A stretch of DNA of 57,950 nucleotides, filler included, from Sphacelaria rigidula (Eukaryota): assembly GCA_964200075.2 (NCBI GenBank). It is 6 parts of 6 records of this genome, joined end to end, with 100 filler letters (N's around TTAATTAATTAA, not from the genome) between each part and the next. Parts side by side here need not be neighbours in the genome. Positions count along the whole stretch, not along the records: positions 38,703 to 48,276 come from CAXNAA020008175.1; positions 48,377 to 57,950 come from CAXNAA020008176.1; 4 more parts are not named here. One strand, written 5' to 3'. Of this stretch, positions 44,701 through 55,280 are shown in pieces (the stretch's first letter is position 1; each line of letters opens with the position of its first letter). Both the position numbers and the translations under genes were made by a program. The notes beneath the pieces are model-generated. The model was not told the origin of the DNA. It ran no database searches and worked only from the letters and a program-made list of their open reading frames with translations.

Positions 44701-47700
44701 CATGAGCACCACTCCACCTACCCTCCTTGACTTTGGCTGCTTCTGCGTGGTTGCTTGTACAGATTCCCGAGGCCAACATATCCGTCGAATCACCATCACT
44801 ACACGTTAAGAAGCCATCGAAGGGCTTCGGTTTCGGTGGATTCCTCAAGAGGCTCTCCGGCGACGGTAGTGCAAAGGTCAGTGAGTCGTATTTTTCCCAA
44901 CGGCTCTCGTGTATATCGTGTCGACTCGATATGATGGTATCCTTGCTCGTTGTGCAACGGCGTTACGACCGGTACAGGTCACGGTCTGATGTTCGTAACT
45001 TTTCGTGCAATAGGATGAACCCTGCGCACGACTTATGTGCGTGACATCTGTAGCCGACCCGTTCCGTCTCCGCTGGCTCTCATATTTGACCACGATACAG
45101 ATACCGGACGACGATGTGACGGTTCAGAATGTCGGTGGCGATGTGTCTTTGCCAGAAGTCTCGGCAGATGCGTCCTTGCCGAGCGTGAGCGGCGATGTGT
45201 CATTACCCGATGTTTCGGGAGGTGCAAACCTGCCCGGTGTGGGCGCTGATGTCACGCTGCCCCCGGGCGGTGCAGATGTTGACGTATCTACACCGACAGT
45301 CTCGGCAGATGTGGCCCTGCCTAGCGTGAGTGGCGATATGTCCATTCCAGATGTATCGGCAGGTGCGTCGGTGCCGGGTGTGGGTGCTGATGTTACGCTG
45401 CCCCCGGGCGGTGTGGATGTAGACGTTCCGTCGATGACAGGCAAGGTGGATCTTCCCTCTGTCTCGGGCGACGTTCATCTTCCCTCTGGAGAGATGTCAG
45501 TGCCGGGCGTGTCGGCAGATGTGTCTTTGCCGTCGGGCTCAGTCGATGTTGCTGTGCCGGACGTGTCTGGAGATGCGGCTGTGCCGGGATTGGCGGCGGA
45601 TGTGTCTTTGCCTTCGGATAGCATAGAGGTGACGGCACCGGATGTGGATATCAAGACCGGGGATAGTTCGTTGACCGCGGGTCTGGCCGCAGCGGGAGCG
45701 GCGACTGTGGGCGCGGTCGGCGCCGGGCTTGGCAGCTTGGCGGGCAAGGGCGACAAGCCTGAGGTGAGTCTGTGCGTGGTGTTGTTGTTGCCGGTTGCTG
45801 ACAAGGTGTGAAAAGGGCCGTCAGGTCCTTCACCTGTGTGTTACGGGACCAGTATGTAACTGGGTTCCATCAATCGGTGGGGGACCGTACTTGTTCTGGT
45901 TACGCGAGCCGCAGCTGCTGTGCCGTGGCCGGTGCGTCTCGAGAACCCCGCGTTTTTGGCGTGCGTGAGGAGATTTGCGAAAATGTAGACTGGCCTTTGT
46001 GCCAGGCGGTCGGCGAGATGACGGGGAACAACGTCAGCGTTTGACGTCATTTTATTTGCGCGCCCCACTGGACAAAACGAGATGAGTCTTCTGTTGGTTT
46101 GTTGACACAACACGCTCGGCGAGAGTAACAATGTGGCCAATTCCAGTGCAAGAGACAGCTGGACATGCTGCTCACAGCTTTTCCTACTATGGATCTGTTC
46201 GTGACTTCTGTACTACTATAATCGAGTCTGGCTGCCTCTCGTGTGTGTTGTTGAAGCAGGTGCCCGATGCCAGTATCTCCGTCGACGCGCCATCGATAGA
46301 CGTGAAGAAGCCAAAGAAGAGCTTCGGGTTCGGCGGGATGTTCAAGAAGCCCCCCGGCAAGCCGGGATTGAAGGTCAGAGTGTGGTTTTGTGCTTCGATG
46401 TGCGTTGCTCATATCGCGTGTGGCTTTGACAAGGTTATATTTCGTGAGTTGAGTCATACGTACGCGTGCGGAGCAGGTCGCGGTTTGATATAGACCCAGG
46501 CCGCGGTGTGGGTACTTGTGGTGCCCGTAATCAATCTTACCCGTGTCGGGTGATCGCCTTGACTTGGCATGATACAGATGCCGGAGGCCGACGTGACGGT
46601 CCCCGATGTGAGCGGCGACGTGTCTATACCGGAAGTCTCGGCAGATGCATCGGTGCCGGGCGTAGACGCTGATGTGACGCTGCCCTCAAGCGGGGTCGAC
46701 GTGGACGTTCCGTCCATGACGAGCGAAGTGGATCTGCCGTCTGGCGATGTTTCCGTTCCGTCGGTATCGGGTGGCATTTCTCTTCCCTTTGGAGAGGTCT
46801 CCGTGCCTGGCGTGTCGGCAGATGTGGCTGTGCCATCCGGTTCGGTGGACGTTGGTGTACCAGGAGTGTCCGGCGATGCGACAGTTCCAAATATGGCCGG
46901 GGATGTGTCGTTGCCGTCTGGCGGCGTCGAGGTGACAGCACCAGATGTGGACATCAAGACGAAGGACAGTTCGTTGACCGCGGGTCTGGCCACAGCGGGA
47001 GCGGCAGCTGTGGGTGCGGTCGGCGCCGGGCTGGGTAGCCTGGCCGGCAAGGGCGACAAGCCCGAGGTGAAGATATATCTGGTGTCTCATCCTTGGCCGA
47101 CACTGTGTAGTATCCATTACGTCAAATAGTAGTGTTTCACTGGGCCTCGGGTACCGTTTGGAAGTTGTGCTGTCGTGCTTGTTGTTCGAGTTGTGGTTGA
47201 TGTCCCGTGGCAAATTGCTCTCGGAAACCTCGTGTGTTCGGCGTGAATGGATAAACCTGACCACCTGTTGAAGCTGTTGTTGTGTCACGTGCTGGTGATG
47301 TTGGCGTCTTGGGAGGTCAACGTGGGTCAGGGCCGGAAACATGACGGAATGCGACGGCAAGAACTGTGCACGCTGACGTTGATATTGACGATACGCGTTT
47401 CTCTTTTTCGCCAGCTCAGTTCGAACGATGCAAGATGATTTTGTTTGTCAAACGATGAGCATGGAGAGTAGGTGTGAGGCCGCCACCGGTGCTAGAGGGA
47501 ACCGGATAGCGTCTCGAACGAACGGTATCATATCGGCTAAACTTATTTTACTCTCGTTGAACCAGCTGCCATTGTACATGTGTTGAAGCAGGTGCCCGAT
47601 GCCAGTATCTCCGTCGAGTCGCCTTCGCTAGACGCGAAGAAGCCGAAGAAGGGCTTCGGGTTCGGCGGAATCTTCAAGAAGCACTCCGTCAAGGCTGGGT

Positions 47701-48276
47701 TGAAGGTCAGTGTGTGGCTCGTGAGAGCGCGGTCCCTCCGCATGCCATATCGACTTGACACGTTCCTGGTACGTGCATTGTGCATGGGCACATGAGATCG
47801 CTGCAAGTCGCGCTCGAGGTGAGTCCTATTTTGTACAAGGTGAGCGATATAGGTTCGCGTATGCGTGTTTGTAGTTGACCTTGCCCGTCTCCGACGATTC
47901 TAATCACTTGCCATTGTACAGAGGCCAGACGCTGATGTGACGGTTCCCGACGTGAGCGGCAACGTTTCCTTACCGGAAGTCTCGGCCGATGCGTCCTTGC
48001 CGAGCGTGAGCGGCGATGTGTCAGTGCCAGATGTTTCGGGAGGGACAAACCTGCCGGGCGTGGACGTAGACGCCCCTTCGATGACCGGAGGGGTGGATCT
48101 GCCGTCTGGCGGCGTTTCCGTTCCATCCGTATCGGGAGATGTGTCTCTTCCGTCTGGTGATGTGTCGATGCCGGGGGTGTCGGCAGATGCGGATGTGTCG
48201 ATGCCGTCGGGCGACGTAGATGTGAAGGCACCGGATGTGGATATCAAGACCGGAGACAGTTCTCTGACCGCGGGTC
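38703..48276 (+). CDS. Internal part of a giant repeat-protein gene made of alternating long acidic exons and short basic exons; no start or stop on the contig; about 1475 codons visible
   Basis: Long exons: <38703-38905, 39765-40271, 41117-41659, 42542-43015, 43890-44282, 45101-45763, 46578-47066, 47922->48276. Short 114-nt exons: 39467-39580, 40787-40900, 42203-42316, 43559-43672, 44763-44876, 46260-46373, 47592-47705. All complete exons have AG/GT ends, are multiples of 3, are phase 0 and lack stops. Exons stay alignable while introns have diverged. Confidence 0.88.
38703..48276 (+). repeat. Tandem array of about 7 units of ~1.2-1.5 kb (short exon, ~184-225 nt intron, long exon, ~480-561 nt intron)
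   Basis: Each unit repeats the motifs gtgaagaagcc..aag..gcttcgg.ttcggcgg and ggcaagggcgacaagcctgag|gt. The seven short exons start at 39467, 40787, 42203, 43559, 44763, 46260 and 47592. Confidence 0.95.
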
Positions 48277-48989
48277 NNNNNNNNNNNNNNNNNNNNNNNN
48301 NNNNNNNNNNNNNNNNNNNNTTAATTAATTAANNNNNNNNNNNNNNNNNNNNNNNNNNNNNNNNNNNNNNNNNNNNTGGACCGCGGTGCTGGTAGTCCAT
48401 CTGGACCACGTGTACTTTTTTTAAGTGAACATTGATGCCGATTCAGCAGGTGACCTACTCTCGCGGTCTAACGGTTAACTCCTCCTGCGGAGTTTTGGGG
48501 AGGAATAGACTTTCGCTCTGTGTCACTGTTTCGTATCTTCTCTGCAATAGAGAAATGCGACTCCAACCCCATTTTAGTGTTCAATCCCAAAATTTAAAAT
48601 CGGATGTTTACAGTAGAACGCCTTTTTATTTTTTTTCCAGTTTCCCGTATTTTTCTTTTTATTAATTTATTTTTGGTACATACTAACATGCACCTCTCTA
48701 GATAAATAGTATTAACGCTCCGCCGTCATGCCTGCCCTGCATAAATGTTTTGCAAGACTCAAAACCCCAAGAAAGCCAAAGGTTATAACAAAAGCGTACA
48801 CGAAATAGGTACACGTGTTAAAGAAACCGGACCAAACATACACCAATCACAAATAAATAAATAAAAACTCAATCAGAGGCTTCCCAGCAAACATTAGGTA
48901 CCCTGCACATGAAAGTAAACTCCTCCTCCAAGAGTGCTGACTGCTACGCTTGTGGGTCACATACCGATTCCGCCCCCCCCCCATCCTTT

Positions 48990-51900
48990 CTACTTTCCGC
49001 AGTCCGCTCCTCGCCCTCGGTGTAGTCGCTGCGCCGAGCATAGCTCCGTCACCAAATCCAAGCCGACCCGAGCTCCATCAAATGTTGTGGGCGAGGTGTT
49101 TTGCGGCTTTCTTCGAGTTGTGATATTGGAAACACCAGTCCCCCGGCTTTCCCCGCGAGATCTTCAAGTTATCCCTCCTCAAATGCACACTACAATTTTT
49201 CCCCAAGTCCAACATTCGCAAGGTATGCGGCAATGGAAGTTGCTCCGGATTTTCTTGCAGACCCGCCACTTCAGCCAGATGCCAACCGTCCTTCTTGGTT
49301 TTGTAATAGATTTAGCAGCCGATTATGCCAGGGTGATATACATCGGGCCGTCGTATTTCATCGTCCGTCGAAACATAACCCGGCGGCTCATATCGATCCC
49401 CTTTCACCCGCGCGACCAACCGCTGTGCCATACTGGTTCTGTACTTGCGATACCTAGCATTCTGAACTCCAGCCTGCACCGGGTTTCCCATCCAGTATGT
49501 CAAGATTATCTCTTTCCCATATTGCACTTTCCCATCTCTTGTTCTCACAGTTGTCCCAAGTGGTGTAATACTGCACGATGGTCTTACCCCCCAACCCTCG
49601 TGACAACCGATGTTCACTGATGCTGACCGGCGTGACTCGGATTGTATCGAGTTCTAGGTTGACATCTTCAGCCGTCAAGTGCAAAGGCGGTGAACGTTCC
49701 GAATTTTTGTTGAGCACGTACGTAAACCCCAAGGTAAATGCTTCGGTTGTTCTGGTGCGTCCATCGGGTTATAACATCATTTGCACTGCGCTACTGCAAC
49801 CCTTGAACTTGAGCCTCCCCCTATTTCATTTTTTTGTAACGTCCAGCAACAATAGTTTATCGCCCACTTTGTCACCGTGATCCGTTGTCCCTGGACCAAC
49901 GAGCAATATTTTATAGGGTCCCGTCCAACACTGCAAAAATTTACACCGACAGAGTAAACGACTTCTTTCCAGACTCCGACGCTGGCACCACCGCATGACC
50001 TCCTCGAGAGAGACTTCCCCTGTCATCGTAGACAAACACCCAGTCACCCGCCTCCCACTTCGCTCGACGGTTGGCAATTTCGTCCAAGTGGCCATTCGCT
50101 AGCTACCTCGTGTTTAGATTTTGTGATGAAAGTATTCCTGTCGTACAAGCTCGTACGCTTTCTTTTGTCTATCCCTCATCAGCTGCAAATGCTGCAGCTG
50201 ATCTGCCTTCAGACGTTGGTGCCCTTAGGCCCGTCTTCTTCCTAAAATTTTCATCGGCATTCTAGGGTATCGCCCTATGTGGACCTCATTTGGAGCCAAC
50301 CCGATACCTCTACTTACGTTATTATTTTGCACCGCCACCGCATGCATCAACATGTCATCTCAATTTTTCTGACGATCCGCCACCACACACAACTAGGACA
50401 AGCTCTGGCATAGATTTTCCGCAAACGTATGGGCTTCATTAATACCGAGCGCACCTGCGGCACCCGCACTGCCACCATCGGCGGTGGTAATTACGTTAGC
50501 GTTGGCATGCGATGGTGCAGTTAACAACCTACTTCCTACTTCAGAAAGTGGGCACGCATGCAGAATTAACCCTGCTTCCCACTGCCCATTGGTCACTAAA
50601 TCCGGAAAAAGAAGCGGAGTGCGATCTTCCACTACCTGGGGTTCTTCCCACGTGTACGCATGTACGGCCGAGGTCGACGTTGGGCATACGCAACCTAGAT
50701 CATCCCCAGGAGTGTTCAAAGGCAGCCCATCCAGACTAGAACTATGTAGCTCATGGCTCATCGGGCGAAACCCATCCAAGAGTGAACCATGAGGTCCAGA
50801 AAACATTTCGGGCTGTACGCCACTAGCGCCGATAAAGTACACGTCCACATCGTCAGGATTTGTGATGCTATATCAACCCGAAATGCCGCGGTTGGATGGA
50901 AATGTTGAAGTAGCCTTTCACATCGATTCGAAAGGGATCGGCTGTACCATACTCGATGTCCATCTTGTCCTTGGGAAAACGGCGGGAGTATTTGCACAAC
51001 ACGTCCGTCGAATTGTCGATATCCTCTACCGTCCAATACTTTCGAGATATCAGCGTTTTCTAACTTACTTTTTTTCTTCTTTTACGAGAGGAGCGCCGGC
51101 TGTCCCCAGTACCCTACCCGGCTCCACCACCACGTCCTTTGAGCAAAGACTTTTCAAGGGGATCTCCGATATATCTGCGTCAACATTCATCTCAGTTGGA
51201 GACCAACCGTTTCCAAATCTCACGTGGTAACTACTCCACTTTTCTTTTGTCCCATCCTTGTTGATGAGGTTTTCGGGAACCCAGTTCATTTTTTACAAAT
51301 TATTTGCGCCTGTGCGCCACTAAAACGTACGAGAACTCCTTCACCTTCAGCGGGTTCTCGTTCAATGAGCCCGATCGCGTTAAAAACGAAATCTGAGTAC
51401 TGAATGATTTTCGGCGCAAGGTTTAGAGTCATAATCGTTTCGTCTCGGTTGATATCAGTGAATTTTCGTAGGGGAATTCGGGATAAACCGTTTCTTCCCA
51501 TCAAGAAGTCCCAAGTCATGTTACCGTCAGGCAGGATGTTCGCAAATACAGCAAAACGGGGTGAATAGTTGCGCGGGCCACAGCAATCTACCCTGGATAT
51601 GTCTTCAAGAAGAATATTCAGCCTAACCTGCGAGACCGTGGTCAGTGGTACCCCATTAACACCTCCCCACGATATAGGATATACTCCTCTTATACTTTCT
51701 ACCCTGCTTGCCCCGCTTGAAAGCAAGTTCGTCCACATGGCACGCGTTACAAACGTGGCCAGGCTACCACCGTCGCTGTCACGTTGCAGGCATGTTTTTG
51801 TGTGGCTTTAGAACCTACATGCACGAATGCGGCGGCTAATTACTACGATGCAAACGCACTTCACCAGCCCCTGCGTTATCTGTTGCGGGCAAATACACTC

Positions 51901-53900
51901 CTTCTTTACCTCTCGCGACCGAACAGAATACCGGCGCAGGCGAGAGTACGGGTGTAGACTTGTGTTTTCTTGTGCGGTGGCCAGACGCAAGGTTCACGAA
52001 ATATATGTGATATTCGCCCTGACCGTGCCGCAGTTCATTGAGCGTTCTACAGGGTGTCGGAGGGACAGAGGGTACGACATTTTCATGTGGGCCCTTTCGC
52101 GGAGTACTCAACAGATCGGGGGTAGTGCTTGGTGCATTAACAGTTACCCCAACGTTATTTCCGTACGTTCTCTTGCTGGCTGTAATAATGCTCTGTCGCC
52201 TGTATTGTGAGATACCTCTCGAAAATACTCGACAAGTTTCAGTTCGTTTGCGCGGGACTCCGGCAAAAGGAACGCGTTGGTGATAACAGTCATTTCGTTG
52301 AATATTCATCCGGTCCAATGGTCGAATAATTATTTGTTGATTCACAACGTGACATCGTTATCCTACGATCCTAAATAGCTCTTGCATTGGGATCATTTAC
52401 GAAGTGTGAAGCCCACTTCACACCGGACCTATCCTGGGCCCTCGGGACAGTGGTCATGGTATCACGTGTATACCGACCACTTGTCTGCACTTTCAACTTC
52501 CCACAACTAGGGTCGTTGCTTGAAGCTGAAGAACAAATGGGGGAGCTACCCTTCATTTTATCCTCGTTCCGGTGACCAGAGGACACTACAACACCATTCA
52601 AAACGTCTGATCTTGGGGCCTCTGCTAAAAGCAGCGAACCACACCCCGACTAATTCAAACACTGTGTGGAGCGATCAGTTCCACGAGTGATCGGTGACAT
52701 CAAGGGTCGTTCAGTACTTACATCACATACATTACTAGATGAATCGTACCTCACCTGTAAACCAGAATCTGTCGCGTGCGAAACAGAACTGGTTGCACAA
52801 GGGCCTGGACTATGGGCACCTTTCAACGTCAAACATTTATTTTTACATACGGGTTCATGAGTTTCGAACCCATTTAACACAACACTATAACGTGGCACAG
52901 CGTTTGAAACCCGCCCACCAGGACTCTCACCAACAGGCTTATTTGCCACCGACATGCCAGCCATAGGCATACCTTCGCACCGTAAGCTCCGCTGGCTGCG
53001 CTCCTGAATATACGCACGCAAGCGTTGCTGCCCTACGCCACCGTGCAGCTAACTCATCCTCCGAACCAAGCCCGATGGCATGATGAACCAGCCCTGAACT
53101 ATTCAAAAACGGCTCCGGACCATCACGAGCCAAAGTATGCTCGCTGCCACCACAGCTCAAACAATGGGGACCAAACGCTTCACGTTTTGCTATTCTTTCT
53201 TCCTGACTACCCCATGGTTCGTAAAATGGAGGGGCATTGTGCGGGCCGAATACACGCCTGTTGCGTTTTCTTTCAACGAACGCACACACACAACCATTCT
53301 CGTATTCCTCGGGCCCATCGGCCAAGCGCAGAACAGCCGCGAAATCTTCCACGCGAGGTTTGACCAGCAGAGCAGGGTCAGTGACATCTGTGACGGAGGG
53401 CGCATAATGAATTCGTACAGGGCCCGAACCATGTCGGTATCCCGGTGGGACGTACGAAACAACCGAACATCATGCGACCGCAGAAAATCAATACTAGCAG
53501 TGATTGGCTCATCTTTCGCCATCGACACAGAGGCCACACGGCCTGAACGAGAGTTCGGTTCTCCGTCTCCGCAACCAAAATCAGCCGTATAGGCGACATC
53601 CGAGCGCTTACCAGCGTCAGAATTTCGAAACGTACTACCAACGTTTAAATCAGTTTCTCCCCTCCCTAGGGGACACGAGGCGGCCACGGTCGCAGCCGTC
53701 AAGGACTGGACCTGAGACGCAAACCTCACATGAGGCATACTACCAGCGTCACAACTGGAACCACGCGACGGCGAGTCCGGGGAAGCCGAACACGCGCGCC
53801 CGGGACCAGAGACCGAGCGGGCGCTTCTGTGCACACCCATATTTCCGGGGTCTGCAACACTCCCTACAAACGTCGCCACAACACCTCCATGTAGACGTTG
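48990..53900 (-). mobile_element. Decayed, internally deleted Ty3/Gypsy LTR retrotransposon
   Basis: Minus-strand order: gag knuckle-like CLSCGGSEH (~53140-53170); protease-like DGGSLATFVT...DFLMGRN (51500-51780); pre-RT linker RFPKDKMDIEYGTADPFRI (~50920-50990); integrase end AVAVQNNNVSRGIGLAPNEVHIGRYPR (~50262-50345); GPY/F motif KFLQCWTGPYKI (~49905-49945); chromodomain-like EHRLSRG..IVQYYTTW (~49555-49620). A polypurine run lies at ~48971-48990. LTRs not identified. Confidence 0.75.
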
Positions 53901-53926
53901 TAAAACACCATGCGCCTCGTCATGGG

Positions 53927-54137
53927 TGTAATGCGTGAGAGGACCGCGTGCTTAGAGGACCGCGTCGGAATTCAAACACCTTTATGGTTACGGTTAGGGT
54001 TAGTGTTAGTGTTGGGGTTAGGGTCAGGGGCGTCGTACCTGCAGGGACTGGCCCGATTGGTTTCGAAAAACGTCGATCCTGGGGTGATTCGGACTACGGC
54101 GCGGTCCTCTAAGCACGCGGTCCTCTCACGCATTACA
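53927..54137. mobile_element. 211-bp MITE with perfect 38-bp TIRs (TGT...ACA), 5-bp TSD and a telomere-like core (Ginger/TDD-like)
   Basis: 53927-53964 (tgtaatgcgtgagaggaccgcgtgcttagaggaccgcg) is the exact reverse complement of 54100-54137. ATGGG flanks both sides (53922-53926, 54138-54142). Degenerate TTAGGG hexamers at ~53982-54029. Confidence 0.88.
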
Positions 54138-55110
54138 ATGGGGCAAAGAGCGACGTGGGGCCCGGCCAAGCGGAACAGTCTCAACTGCATCAGCGCTTAA
54201 CGATGAGTCAACTGACGTGTCACTCGGCACATCACGGGGCGACAGGACAACGGCCGTCGCAATATGAGATGGCACGGAACAATCAGTCCGCCCCTGGGCA
54301 AGGGAGCGGGTCCGGAGAGGAACACTACCGTCAGAGTAGCCAAAACCAGTCATGACACCCGCGGAAACAGAAAAACTCCGCACCTGAAGCCGACATCGCA
54401 GAGCGATCCAACAGCGCCACGCAGAGAAAAACGAAACAAGGCCAGACCGAAGACGTCGGTGCCACTGTCAGAACCACAACTAGCTTGTGGTGTTCTCGTA
54501 GGTTCACGGGTTGGGGTATTCAGACTTCTCGCTTGTGATGCGGCTTGCTGATCGCGGTCATAGGTGTCGAGCTGGTGTCCCAAAAATATATCGGCTGGTT
54601 GAGGTTTTATTATACTGCTTAGAGTGCACACTGGTATTTGACTTGCCGCTGGAGTGGCTCTCGGAAGACTGACCCCGGTGGACAAGCAGCACACGCTCAA
54701 ATCCCCCGTGAACCCCCATCTACATTCACACATCCATGGTGTTGATTCTCTTCGCAAACAGCAGAACTCCAGTCCCCCATATCCCTACGTTCAACTGCAA
54801 CTTCCTGTTGTTGGCTGAACCTACTTGTATCGCACTGCACTTCTATCTGAGATACATCGCCAAGCCAAGCTCTCCTAAAACCGAACACGAGTAATTAAAA
54901 GCTGGACGATACAACTATTCTCCCGTTTCCACTGGATCCAACTCATTCGTTATTCTGCACGCAGACTGACTGCCGGACCCTTCTTTATTCGTATCTCGTA
55001 CACCTACTACAGCTCATACGTTGGTGTATAGTTTACCCAATATACAAATGATATACAAATGATTTCTCTGCGTAACGGTAGCTGAAACCCAGGCCGAGTT
55101 TGTGTTCACG

Positions 55111-55280
55111 ACACTACAGTACACTACAGTACACTACAGTACACAGTACAGTGCACTACAGTAAAAAGTACAGTACAATACAGTACAGTACAGTACAGTA
55201 CAGTACAGTACAGTACAGTACAGTACAGTACAGTACAGTACAGTACAGTACAGTACAGTAAAAAAGTACAGTACAATACA
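55111..55280. repeat. (CAGTA)n microsatellite with (ACACTACAGT)3 leader
   Basis: Directly visible. Confidence 0.95.

Noticed and set aside
39765-47129. Each long exon as a separate single-exon gene (several start with ATG)
   Set aside because: The first codon varies (ATG, GTG, ATA, AGG), always follows TACAG, and conservation stops exactly at KPE|GT. They are internal exons.
39683-48247. Long minus-strand T/S/P-rich ORFs (e.g. 41050-42015, 42505-43164, 46454-47059)
   Set aside because: Antisense shadows of the repeat exons. Splice signals and conserved boundaries all support the plus strand.
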